Source: Patescibacteria group bacterium (GTDB lineage Bacteria > Patescibacteriota > Patescibacteriia > JAGPKW01). Taken from it: DNA of 64,000 nt. Below, piece by piece: positions 1 through 8,733 of this stretch (position 1 is the first letter of the stretch; each line of letters begins with the position of its first letter). A program made the translations under genes and the position numbers. The stretch lies in NCBI GenBank assembly GCA_021734125.1, contig JAIPJN010000001.1, positions 26,957-90,956 on the forward strand. Reading direction: 5' to 3'. The notes beneath the pieces were generated by a model that saw only the letters and a list, made by a program, of their open reading frames with translations, was not told the DNA's origin and did no database searches.

Positions 1-1162
1 ACATCTTTTGACTATGACAGCTACTCCTATTCCTAGGACATTAAATTTATCACTTTCTGGAATAAGAGATATTTCTGTTATAGAAACTCCTCCTTCAGGA
101 AGAAAAAATATTGATACTTATGTTCTACAATTTAATGAAGAAGAATTAAAAAAATGTATTTTAAAAGAGAAAAATAGATCTGGACAATGTTATTATTTAT
201 TTAATAAAGTTGAAAAAATTTATTATAAAAAAAGAGAATTAGAAAAATTATTACCAAATATTTCATTTGGGGTTTTACATGGTAAAATGTCAAATTCTGA
301 AATTTCTAAAACAATTTCTAAATTTGATAATAAAAAAATAGATGTTTTAATTTGTTCTACTATTGTAGAAAATGGAATAGATATGCCTAATGTTAATACT
401 CTTATAGTAGAAAATTCTCCTAAATTTGGACTTTCTCAACTTCACCAAATAAGGGGAAGAATTGGAAGGTCCAATAAAAAAGGTTATGCATATTTTTTCT
501 ATAAAAACAAAGAAAATTTATCTGAAACAGCAAGAAAAAGATTGCAAATACTTTTAGAAAAGAGTGAACTTGGAGATGGTTATAAAATTGCATCCTCTGA
601 TATGGAAATAAGAGGGGTTGGAAATATTTTAGGGAAAAGTCAGCATGGTAATGTTAATTATATAGGAATTAATTTATATACTAGATTATTAAATCAATCT
701 ATTAATGAATTAAAATCTGGTGAAAATGAAGATGATATAGATTTCAAAACTAATATTAATTTACCTATAGATTATAATCTTCCAGAAAATATTATCCCCT
801 TAGAAAATAAAATTAATATTTATCAAGAAATGTTATTTTTAAATAATGAAGAAGAAGTTGATGATTATATTAAAGATAAAATTATTAAAAATAAAAAAAT
901 TGATAGTTTAAATTTAAAAAAATTAAATAATTTAAAATATATTATATTATTAAAAATAATTTCTTATAATTTAAAAATTACTGATATTAATTATTATAAA
1001 AATAAAATTTCTATAATATTTGAAGATAAAATAGATAAAAATCTAAAAGATAAAATATTAAATAATCACAAAAATTTTATTATTAAAGATAAAGAAATAA
1101 AAATAAAAATAAATAATTTAGAAAAAAATTATTTAAAAAACCTTGTTGAGATATTGTCTTAA
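1..1162 (+). CDS. mfd: Transcription-repair coupling factor Mfd, C-terminal part. The ORF is open to the window start, so the 5' end is truncated.
   Basis: Translation contains the helicase-C motifs VLHGKMS...VLICSTIVENGID...LHQIRGRIGRS followed by a TRCF-type domain (LQILLEKSELGDGYKIASSDMEIRGVGNILG). There is no in-frame stop between position 2 and the annotated start. Confidence 0.8.
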   Translation, partial: HLLTMTATPIPRTLNLSLSGIRDISVIETPPSGRKNIDTYVLQFNEEELKKCILKEKNRSGQCYYLFNKVEKIYYKKRELEKLLPNISFGVLHGKMSNSEISKTISKFDNKKIDVLICSTIVENGIDMPNVNTLIVENSPKFGLSQLHQIRGRIGRSNKKGYAYFFYKNKENLSETARKRLQILLEKSELGDGYKIASSDMEIRGVGNILGKSQHGNVNYIGINLYTRLLNQSINELKSGENEDDIDFKTNINLPIDYNLPENIIPLENKINIYQEMLFLNNEEEVDDYIKDKIIKNKKIDSLNLKKLNNLKYIILLKIISYNLKITDINYYKNKISIIFEDKIDKNLKDKILNNHKNFIIKDKEIKIKINNLEKNYLKNLVEILS

Positions 1163-1173
1163 AAAAATATTTA

Positions 1174-1198
1174 GGCCAACCGTGGTTGGTCACTACAT
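1174..1198. repeat. GC-rich palindromic element, degenerate copy: GGCCAACCGTGGTTGGTCAC then TACAT. It sits between the convergent mfd and trmH-like genes.
   Basis: Imperfect inverted repeat GCCAACC/GGTTGG with the CTACA-like tail read directly from the sequence. It belongs to the same family as 1949, 5553, 17388, 36642 and 61815. Confidence 0.6.
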
Positions 1199-1199
1199 A

Positions 1200-1928
1200 T
1201 TACATATTTGAAAATGCCATTATAATTCCTGCAGTAACTCCAGCATTTAATGATTCTATATTTTTTGATATTGGGATACTAATAATTTCTTCAGAATTTT
1301 TAATTATATCTTCTGACAAACCATTTCCTTCATTCCCTACTGCTAAAATAAAGTTTTTAGGAAATTTAAATTTATTTATATTTTTACCATTCATATCAGC
1401 AGATAATAAATTATTTTTATATAATATTTTTTCATCTTCTATAAAATATATTTTTATTTTTTCTATTGATCCAGCAGAACTTCTTATCGTTTTTTCATTA
1501 TAAATATCACAAGTCCCCTTTCCAAAAATAATTCCATCAAAATTAAATGCAACAGCTGATCTTATTATTGTTCCTATATTTCCTGGATCTTGTATATTAT
1601 CTAAATAAATAAATTTACCTAATTTAATTTTTTCTGAATTTTTTAATATTTCATAATTCATTTTTGAAATACTTATAATTCCTTGAGTATTTTTTGTTTC
1701 TTTTATTTTATTAAAAATATTATTAGAAATTATTTCTAAATTTAAATTACTATTTTTTAATTTAGAGATATTAAATTTTTCATTTACATATATTTCTTTA
1801 ATATTTTTAGAATCATTAATAAATTTTTCACCTTCTAAAATATATTCTTTATTATCATATCTATATTTTTTTGAAGATAATAATTTTTTTATATGTTTTA
1901 TTTTTTTGTTTTCTTTTGAAATAATCAT
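1200..1928 (-). CDS. SpoU/TrmH-family RNA 2'-O-methyltransferase
   Basis: C-terminal SPOUT motifs GNEGNGLS...SLNAGVTAGIIMAF in the 242-aa ORF. Confidence 0.6.
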   Translation of the reverse strand: MIISKENKKIKHIKKLLSSKKYRYDNKEYILEGEKFINDSKNIKEIYVNEKFNISKLKNSNLNLEIISNNIFNKIKETKNTQGIISISKMNYEILKNSEKIKLGKFIYLDNIQDPGNIGTIIRSAVAFNFDGIIFGKGTCDIYNEKTIRSSAGSIEKIKIYFIEDEKILYKNNLLSADMNGKNINKFKFPKNFILAVGNEGNGLSEDIIKNSEEIISIPISKNIESLNAGVTAGIIMAFSNM

Positions 1929-1948
1929 TTTATTTGATTTATATATTA

Positions 1949-1974
1949 GGGTCAGCCATGGCTGACCCCTACAT
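1949..1974. repeat. GC-rich perfect palindrome GGGTCAGCCATGGCTGACCC followed by CTACAT
   Basis: Perfect 20-nt palindrome in the AT-rich spacer between the ppsA stop and the trmH-like start. Confidence 0.85.
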
Positions 1975-1996
1975 TTTATTTTTAATACATTTCAAT

Positions 1997-4465
1997 TTAT
2001 TTCTTTCCAAAAACTTTTTTCTTTTTAGATAACATTAATTTTGTTTTTATTACTGTATCTGGATTTAATGAAATAGAATCTATTTTATTTTTTACTAAAA
2101 ATTCTGCAAAATCTGGAAAATCTGAAGGAGCTTGACCACAAATTCCTATTTTCTTTTTATTCTTTTTAGCAATTTCTATAGCTTGTTTAATTAATGTTTT
2201 AACTGCATCATTTCTTTCATCATATACATGTGCTACTAAAGAAGAATCTCTATCTACTCCTAATGTAAGTTGAGTTAAATCATTAGATCCAATTGAAAAT
2301 CCATCAAATATTTTAGAAAATTCATTCATTAATATTATGTTAGAAGGTATTTCTACCATCATATAAATTTCCAACTTATTTTCACCCCTTTTTAATCCAT
2401 ATTTTTCCATTATTTCTACAACTTTTTTACCCTCTTCTACTGTTCTGCAAAATGGAATCATTACTAATATATTATCGAGTCCCATTTCTTCTCTAGCTTT
2501 TTTAATAGCTTTACATTCTAATCCAAATTCTTTTTCAAATTCAGGGTCATAATATCTAGAAGCCCCTCTCCATCCTATCATAGGATTATGCTCTACTGGT
2601 TCATATTCTGTTCCACCTATTAAATTAGCATATTCATTTGTTTTAAAATCAGAAAATCTTACTATAACTGGTTTTGGATAAAATGCAGCTCCTAATCTAG
2701 CTACACCTTCTGCTAATTTATCTACATAGAAAGATGATTTAGATTTATATCCTTTTGTTATTTCTTCTATTTGTTTTTTTACTTCTTTATCTTTTAGTTT
2801 AGAAAAATTAAGTAATGCTTTTGGATGTGCTTTTATATAAGTATTTATAATAAATTCTTCTCTTGCTAGTCCAACTCCATCATTTGGTATAAAAGATGTT
2901 GAAAAAGCTATTTCAGGATTAGCAATATTTAACATTACTTTTGTTTTTGTATCTTTTATTTTTTTTAAATTCGTTTTTTTGATTGAAAATTTTAATTCAT
3001 CTTTATATACTTTTCCTTTTTCTCCTTCTGCACAAGATACTGTTATTTTTTGGTTATTTTTTATTTTTTCAGTTCCATCTACTGTTCCAACGATACAAGG
3101 TATTCCTAATTCTCTAGAGATTATAGCAGCATGGCAAGTTCTACCTCCTGAATTTGTAACTATTGCTGATGCAATTTTCATAATTGGTTCCCAATCTGGA
3201 TCCGTCATTTCAGTAACTAAAACCTCGCCTTTTTTAAAACTAGTTATTTGACTTACATCTTTTATCATATGAGCTTTTCCTGAACCTATTTTTGATCCAA
3301 CTGAAGCTCCTGAAGCTAATATCTCTCCTTTTTCTTCTAAAATATATTCTTCTAAAACATTTTTATTTTTTTGAGATTGAACAGTTTCTGGTCTAGCTTG
3401 AACTATAAATAATTTTCCTGTTTCACCATCTTTAGCCCATTCCATATCCATTGGTTTTTTATAATGATCTTCTATAATACAAGCCCATTTAGCAAGTTTT
3501 AATACTTCTTTATCAGTAATAGAAAATTCGTCCTGATCTGATTTTGATACTTTTATGTCTTTAGTTTGAGTTTTTGCTCCATCTTCTGAATAAATCATTT
3601 TTATTTCTTTTGATCCAATACTTTTTCCTATTATAGATTTTTTATTTTCTTTTAAGCCTTTTTTCCAAACATAAAATTCATCTGGTGAAACCTTTCCTTG
3701 AACTATATTTTCTCCAAGCCCATAAATTGAGTTTATAATAACAGCATTTTCAAATCCTGATTCTGTATCTATCGAAAACATAACACCTGAAGAAGATAAA
3801 TCAGAACGCACCATTTTCTGAACAGTTATAGATAATCCAACTTTAAAGTCAGAAAATCCCTTTTCATGTCTATAAGATATTGCCCTATTAGTAAATAATG
3901 AAGCAAAACATTTTTTACAAGCTTCTAATAATTCTTCTTCTCCTTTTATATTTAAATATGTTTCTTGTTGACCAGCAAAGGAAGCATCAGGCAAATCTTC
4001 TGCTGTTGCTGATGATCTAACCGCAACGTCTATTTCTTTTGTTTTATATTGTTTACAAAGTTTTCTATAAGAATCACAAATTGATTCTTCTAATTCTTTT
4101 GGAAATTTTAAATTAAGTATTATATTTCTAGCCTTTCTTCCTTTACTCATTAGCTCTCTAATATTGTGAGTATCTATTTTATCTAAAGTACTTTTTATTT
4201 TAGCTTTTGCTCCTGTTTTTTCTAAAAGGTAAAAATAAGAATAAGCAGATATAGCAAATCCCCCTGGAACTTCAACTCCTTTTGGTTTTAATTTTCTATA
4301 CATTTCTCCTAAAGATGCATTTTTTCCTCCAACTAACGGTACATCTTTTATAGAAATATCATCAAACCAAAGAATAAATTCTTTTTCTTTTTTTATTTTT
4401 TTGTCTTTAAAAGAAGCATCCTTTTTTTCTAAGGATTTTTTTTGAACCTTTTTTTTATTTGCCAT
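1997..4465 (-). CDS. ppsA: Phosphoenolpyruvate synthase (pyruvate, water dikinase)
   Basis: 822 aa. Phospho-histidine swivel motif GGRTCHAAIISRELGIPCIVGT. N-terminal ATP-grasp-like and C-terminal PEP-utilising barrel regions are present. Confidence 0.75.
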   Translation of the reverse strand: MANKKKVQKKSLEKKDASFKDKKIKKEKEFILWFDDISIKDVPLVGGKNASLGEMYRKLKPKGVEVPGGFAISAYSYFYLLEKTGAKAKIKSTLDKIDTHNIRELMSKGRKARNIILNLKFPKELEESICDSYRKLCKQYKTKEIDVAVRSSATAEDLPDASFAGQQETYLNIKGEEELLEACKKCFASLFTNRAISYRHEKGFSDFKVGLSITVQKMVRSDLSSSGVMFSIDTESGFENAVIINSIYGLGENIVQGKVSPDEFYVWKKGLKENKKSIIGKSIGSKEIKMIYSEDGAKTQTKDIKVSKSDQDEFSITDKEVLKLAKWACIIEDHYKKPMDMEWAKDGETGKLFIVQARPETVQSQKNKNVLEEYILEEKGEILASGASVGSKIGSGKAHMIKDVSQITSFKKGEVLVTEMTDPDWEPIMKIASAIVTNSGGRTCHAAIISRELGIPCIVGTVDGTEKIKNNQKITVSCAEGEKGKVYKDELKFSIKKTNLKKIKDTKTKVMLNIANPEIAFSTSFIPNDGVGLAREEFIINTYIKAHPKALLNFSKLKDKEVKKQIEEITKGYKSKSSFYVDKLAEGVARLGAAFYPKPVIVRFSDFKTNEYANLIGGTEYEPVEHNPMIGWRGASRYYDPEFEKEFGLECKAIKKAREEMGLDNILVMIPFCRTVEEGKKVVEIMEKYGLKRGENKLEIYMMVEIPSNIILMNEFSKIFDGFSIGSNDLTQLTLGVDRDSSLVAHVYDERNDAVKTLIKQAIEIAKKNKKKIGICGQAPSDFPDFAEFLVKNKIDSISLNPDTVIKTKLMLSKKKKVFGKK

Positions 4466-4514
4466 AAAAAATATTTTACCTTTTTAAAATTATTTTCTTT
4501 ATTATAACATTTTT

Positions 4515-5432
4515 TTATTTTGTTTTTAAATATTTGTTTGCATAGGTAGCTGAAACAGCACCCATAGCTTCTGCAGTTATTACTTGTTTTAATTCACAAA
4601 AACCAGTAGTTATATCCCCTGCTGCAAAAACACCTTTTTTAGAGGTTTCACAATATTTATTTATTTTTATAAAATTATTTTCAAATTCTATATTTAAATT
4701 TTGAAATAAAACTGATTGAGGTATTAATCCAATTTCTATAAAAACTCCAGAAACTTCAATTTCTTCTTTTTTATTTGTAATAATTTTTTCAACCATTTTT
4801 TCTCCTTTTATTTCTTCTACTTCTGTTTCATATAATATTTCTATTTTTTCGTTTTCTTCTACTTTTTCTATAAGATTTTTATTTTCTGTTGATGGAGAAC
4901 ATTTTCTACAAATTAAATAAACTTTTTCTGCAATATTTGATAAATATAATGCAGAATTAAATGCAGAATCGCCACTCCCTAATACAACAACTTTTTTATT
5001 TTTATATAAAAAACCATCACACGTTGTACAATATGTAACTCCTTTTCCTATAAATTCTTTTTCACCTTTTATATTTGCTTTTCTTTTTTCAGTTCCTGTT
5101 GCAATTATTAAACTTTTAGATTTTATATTTTCACCATCTTTTGTCGAAATAAAAAAATTATTATCTATTTCAGATATTCCAATCACTTCATCTTCTTTTA
5201 TTTTACATTCTTTGTATTTTTCTAAATGTTTTACAATTTTGTCTGTAAAATCTATACCACTTACATCTTCTATCCCAGGATAATTATCCATTAAATGTGC
5301 AGTAGTGATCATTCCTCCTTTTGTTTTTCCAATGATCATACTATTTAATTTATATCTAGAAGCATAAATTCCAGCAGTAATTGCAGCTGGGCCAAAACCT
5401 ATAATTGCTAAATCAAAAATTTTTTCTTCCAT
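4515..5432 (-). CDS. trxB: Thioredoxin reductase
   Basis: FAD motif LAIIGFGPAAITAG, redox CxxC as CTTCDG, and a second NAD(P)-binding GSGDSA motif. Confidence 0.8.
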   Translation of the reverse strand: MEEKIFDLAIIGFGPAAITAGIYASRYKLNSMIIGKTKGGMITTAHLMDNYPGIEDVSGIDFTDKIVKHLEKYKECKIKEDEVIGISEIDNNFFISTKDGENIKSKSLIIATGTEKRKANIKGEKEFIGKGVTYCTTCDGFLYKNKKVVVLGSGDSAFNSALYLSNIAEKVYLICRKCSPSTENKNLIEKVEENEKIEILYETEVEEIKGEKMVEKIITNKKEEIEVSGVFIEIGLIPQSVLFQNLNIEFENNFIKINKYCETSKKGVFAAGDITTGFCELKQVITAEAMGAVSATYANKYLKTK

Positions 5433-5469
5433 AATAATTTAAATTTATTTATCAATTATTATATTGATT

Positions 5470-5579
5470 TATTGTATTTTTAATTAAATAATTGTTTTAT
5501 ATAAACACACCACGTCGGGTTCCTACATTTTTAATTAAATAATTATTTTTATTGGTCAGCGATCGCTAACCACTACAAT
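5470..5579. repeat. Tandem pair of palindromic-element units. Each unit is an AT-rich leader (tttttaattaaataatt..) plus a GC-rich core ending in CTACA. The first core is degenerate (CACCACGTCGGGTTCCTACAT). The second is TGGTCAGCGATCGCTAACCA then CTACAAT.
   Basis: Direct repeat of the leader at about 5478-5500 and 5528-5550. Near-perfect palindrome at 5553-5572 containing GCGATCGC. Confidence 0.7.
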
Positions 5580-5619
5580 TACCTTTAAAATGGTTTTTGT
5601 AAAATACAAATATTTTAAA

Positions 5620-5931
5620 TTAAATAATCGTGTTTATAACTTCTAATATTCTTTCTTTTGAGGTTAAACCAATTATTTCTTCTTTTACTTCTCCATCTTT
5701 TATAATTTTAAGACAAGGAATACTCATAATATTAAATTCTGCTCCTAATTCTTGTTCTTGATCTACATTAACCTTAAACACTTTAAAATTAGTAGCTTCT
5801 TCTGATAAATTTTGTAATATAGGCGTCATCATATTGCAAGGAGCACACCAAGGAGCCCAAAAATCAACAACAGAAACACCCTCTTTTACTGATTCTTTAA
5901 AATTTTCTTTTGTAAGTTCTGTAATATTCAT
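5620..5931 (-). CDS. trxA: Thioredoxin
   Basis: 103 aa with the WAPWCAPC active site. Confidence 0.8.
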   Translation of the reverse strand: MNITELTKENFKESVKEGVSVVDFWAPWCAPCNMMTPILQNLSEEATNFKVFKVNVDQEQELGAEFNIMSIPCLKIIKDGEVKEEIIGLTSKERILEVINTII

Positions 5932-6054
5932 ATTTTTATATTTAAAAATTATTTGTCTATCATATCATATATTTTTATATATTAACACATTTGACTTAAT
6001 CATGAGTTAATACTATAATTTTTTATTACACTATAAATAATTTAAAAGTTTTTT

Positions 6055-7191
6055 ATGAATAATAATAAAATAAATAATCTTTCTGAAATTTTAAAAACTC
6101 TAGATATTAGTAAAAATATTTTAATTATTTTTAATAATGATGATTCTGATATTTTGATGTCTTCAATTTGTTTATCTTATTATTTAAAAAAAACACAAAA
6201 AAATGTTGATTTAGTTTCTGAAAATACAGCTATAAATTCTAAATATAATTTTTTAAATATTGAAGATACTATAAAAGATACTTTAAAATCTGATAATAAA
6301 TTTACTATTATTATAGATACTAAAGAAAATAAAGCTAAAGAATTAAGTTATGAACCAAAAGAAAACTCAATAGAAATTTATTTATCTGGAGAAAATAGAA
6401 ATTTTAAAGAAAGTGATATCACTTTTTTGAAAGACTCTAAAAGTTATGATCTTATTATTACTTTAGGAATTTTAGATATAAAAAATTTATCTAAAATATA
6501 TAATGAAAATGTTGATTTGTTTTATAATACTCCAATAATAAATATAGATAATAATATTTCTAATGAAAGATTTGGGCAAATAAATATAATAGAAGCTCAA
6601 TATAGAACTATGTCTGAACTTATTTTTGATATAATGTCTCAAAATAATCCTGATATTATTGATTCAAAAATTTCTAATTTATTATTAACAGGAATTATAG
6701 ATAAAACCTCTGGATTTAAATTTTCTTCTATAAGTCCAAATATTATGTCTACTTCATCTATGCTTATAGAAATTGGAGCAGATAGAGAAAATATTATAAA
6801 AAATTTATATAGAACTAAAACTGTAAATTCTTTAAAATTATGGGGTAAAGTTTTATCCAACATGAAACATAAAGACAATGGAATTGTTTGGTCTTATTTA
6901 GTTGAGGATGATAAAAATTACGAAAATATTTTAAACTTTAAATTTAGTGATATTTTTAATGAATTAGTTTCTGAAATACCAAAAATTAAAATTGCATTAC
7001 TTTTTATAAAAAAAGAAAATATAATAGAGGTTCAAATAATTACTACTAAAAAATATAATGCTTTTGAATTAACTGAAGAATTTAAAGCTTCTGGAAATGA
7101 TAACGAAGCTAATTTTGCAATATCTAGCAATGATTTAGATCAAGTTATTTCTATAATAATAGATAAATTAAATAAAAAAATTAGTAATTAA
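6055..7191 (+). CDS. NrnA-like DHH/DHHA1 family protein whose catalytic motifs are substituted, so it is probably non-catalytic
   Basis: Motif order matches NrnA: NDDSD (motif I), IIIDTKE (motif II), INIDNN where DHH is expected, TGIIDKTSGF (motif IV), and GNDNEA where the DHHA1 GGGH is expected. Confidence 0.4.
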   Translation: MNNNKINNLSEILKTLDISKNILIIFNNDDSDILMSSICLSYYLKKTQKNVDLVSENTAINSKYNFLNIEDTIKDTLKSDNKFTIIIDTKENKAKELSYEPKENSIEIYLSGENRNFKESDITFLKDSKSYDLIITLGILDIKNLSKIYNENVDLFYNTPIINIDNNISNERFGQINIIEAQYRTMSELIFDIMSQNNPDIIDSKISNLLLTGIIDKTSGFKFSSISPNIMSTSSMLIEIGADRENIIKNLYRTKTVNSLKLWGKVLSNMKHKDNGIVWSYLVEDDKNYENILNFKFSDIFNELVSEIPKIKIALLFIKKENIIEVQIITTKKYNAFELTEEFKASGNDNEANFAISSNDLDQVISIIIDKLNKKISN

Positions 7192-7432
7192 GAGAAGAAA
7201 AGAATTTTCCAAAATTTGCCATAAAAGATGGGCCCAATAGATTAGCAAATATTAAAATTCCTACTATTATAAGCATTAAACCTAATAATTTATATATTAA
7301 ATTACTTGCCCCTGGTCCCCATTTTTCTTCTGCCCAGTCTATTCTTCCAAAAGTTTTCAATAAAGATAAACTTTTCCATACCATAAAAAATCCCCCTACT
7401 ATCATTAAAATACCTATTATTTTATTTCCCAT
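7181..7432 (-). CDS. Small membrane protein of 83 aa with 2 predicted TM helices; hypothetical
   Basis: Hydrophobic segments IIGILMIVGGFFMVW and LGLMLIIVGILIFANLL. Confidence 0.3.
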   Translation of the reverse strand: MGNKIIGILMIVGGFFMVWKSLSLLKTFGRIDWAEEKWGPGASNLIYKLLGLMLIIVGILIFANLLGPSFMANFGKFFSSLNY

Positions 7433-7479
7433 AATTTTTGTTGTTTTATTTTATTTTATTTAAATATTATAGCATTTTC

Positions 7480-7508
7480 TTGTATTTTTATTAAAAATGT
7501 TTTATAAT
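7480..7508 (+). promoter_or_regulatory. Sigma70-like promoter upstream of tRNA-Ile: TTGTAT, 17-nt spacer, TATAAT
   Basis: -35 at 7480-7485 and -10 at 7503-7508. The tRNA starts at 7526. Confidence 0.4.
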
Positions 7509-7525
7509 TTTTTATATATTTTAAA

Positions 7526-7601
7526 GGGTGTATAGCTCAGTTGGTTAGAGCGCGACTCTTATAAAGTCGAGGTCCCTGGTTCAAGTCCAGGTACACCCAC
7601 C
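7526..7601 (+). tRNA. tRNA-Ile with anticodon UAU, which decodes AUA
   Basis: Cloverleaf read by hand. Acceptor GGGTGTA/TACACCC; D-arm GCTC-AGTTGGTTA-GAGC; anticodon stem CGACT/AGTCG with loop CTTATAA, giving U33 and anticodon TAT; T-arm CCTGG-TTCAAGT-CCAGG. The body closely resembles the spacer-type tRNA-Ile(GAU). Confidence 0.7.
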
Positions 7602-7657
7602 GATATCGATATTATTGCTTTTATTTTTTCTCTGTGATAATATTTTATCATAAATTT

Positions 7658-7733
7658 GGGCCCTTAGCTCAGTTGGCTAGAGCGCCTCGTTTGCACCGAG
7701 GAGGTCGCAGGTTCAACTCCTGTAGGGTCCACC
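7658..7733 (+). tRNA. tRNA-Ala (UGC)
   Basis: GGGCCCT acceptor with the G3:U70 alanine identity pair. Anticodon stem CCTCG/CGAGG with loop TTTGCAC. T-loop TTCAACT. Confidence 0.85.
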
Positions 7734-7737
7734 GAAA

Positions 7738-7762
7738 ATCCCAGTTTACTGGGACTTTTTAT
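7738..7762 (+). terminator. Intrinsic terminator after tRNA-Ala
   Basis: Hairpin TCCCAG-TTTA-CTGGGA followed by TTTTTATTT. Confidence 0.6.
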
Positions 7763-7799
7763 TTGTATTTTTTTATTTTTTATTTTATTATGAATTTAT

Positions 7800-8237
7800 A
7801 TGCAATATATAGACAAAAATAAAATAAATATTTCATTAAAAAAAGCTTTAAAAACAATAATAAGCATATTGCCTATTTTTTTAGGAACTATTTTATTAAT
7901 TTCTCTACTAAATTCTATTATTTCAAAAGAGTTTTATTTAGAAATATTTCAAAAAGGAAATTTAATTACAAATTCTTTTTTAGGATCAATAATTGGGGGT
8001 ATTTCTATAGGAACTCCTGTTCTTAGTTATATAATAGGTGGAGAATTATTAAATAATGGTATTCACATATCCGCAATAACGGCTTTTTTAGTATCCTGGG
8101 TAACTATAGGTGTAATACAAATACCACTTGAAGCATCTATTTTTGGAAAAAGATTTACTATTTATAGAAATTTATTTGCATTTTTATTTTCTATTTTAAT
8201 AGGTATTTTAATTTATTTAATATTAAGTATCTTATGA
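7800..8237 (+). CDS. Polytopic membrane protein, possibly the first half of a split DUF318-like permease
   Basis: 4-5 predicted TM helices. Overlaps the next ORF with ATGA. Confidence 0.3.
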   Translation: MQYIDKNKINISLKKALKTIISILPIFLGTILLISLLNSIISKEFYLEIFQKGNLITNSFLGSIIGGISIGTPVLSYIIGGELLNNGIHISAITAFLVSWVTIGVIQIPLEASIFGKRFTIYRNLFAFLFSILIGILIYLILSIL

Positions 8238-8731
8238 AAATAAATAAAAAAATAAAACCTTATATTTTTTTAATTTTTGTTATTTTTATATATTTAATAT
8301 TTTTTATTTTTAATAAAAGTATATTTTTTACAAGTTTAGATTTTTTAAAAAATACTCTAATAAAAATTTTACCTGCTTTTGCTTTTGTTTTTGTTTTAAT
8401 GTTTCTTAGTAATTATTTTATAGATAGAAAATTTATTATTAAACATTTTGAAAATTCTGGAATTAAAAAATGGATATTTATAATTTTAGGAGGAATTTTA
8501 TCAACAGGGCCAATATACATTTGGTATCCATTATTAAAAGATTTAAGAACTAAAGGTTTTAGTAATGGAATAATAGCTTGTTTTTTGTATAATAGAGGTA
8601 TTAAATTACCTTTTATACCTATAGCTATTTATTATTTTGGACTTAAATATATAGTTATTTTAACTTTATTAATGATTATTTTTTCTATTATACAAGGTCT
8701 TATTATAAATAAAACTTTAAAAGAAAATTAA
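8234..8731 (+). CDS. Polytopic membrane protein, possibly the second half of a split permease
   Basis: Hydrophobic 165-aa ORF translationally coupled to the upstream one. Confidence 0.3.
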   Translation: MKINKKIKPYIFLIFVIFIYLIFFIFNKSIFFTSLDFLKNTLIKILPAFAFVFVLMFLSNYFIDRKFIIKHFENSGIKKWIFIILGGILSTGPIYIWYPLLKDLRTKGFSNGIIACFLYNRGIKLPFIPIAIYYFGLKYIVILTLLMIIFSIIQGLIINKTLKEN

Positions 8732-8733
8732 TT

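Noticed and set aside
1186-1503. Antisense ORFs nested in larger genes (1186..1503, 2979..3251, 6639..6878, 13251..13439, 15922..16131, 16381..16698, 20112..20315, 21619..21807, 22190..22417, 26058..26486, 30899..31264, 39740..40168, 41796..42179, 42726..42968, 45807..46148, 48390..48572, 59085..61138, 62002..62548, 63648..63863)
   Set aside because: Each lies entirely inside a well-supported gene on the opposite strand. They have low-complexity hydrophobic translations typical of AT-rich antisense frames.
7634-7822. 62-aa ORF overlapping tRNA-Ala
   Set aside because: The tRNA cloverleaf is unambiguous, and the ORF has no support.
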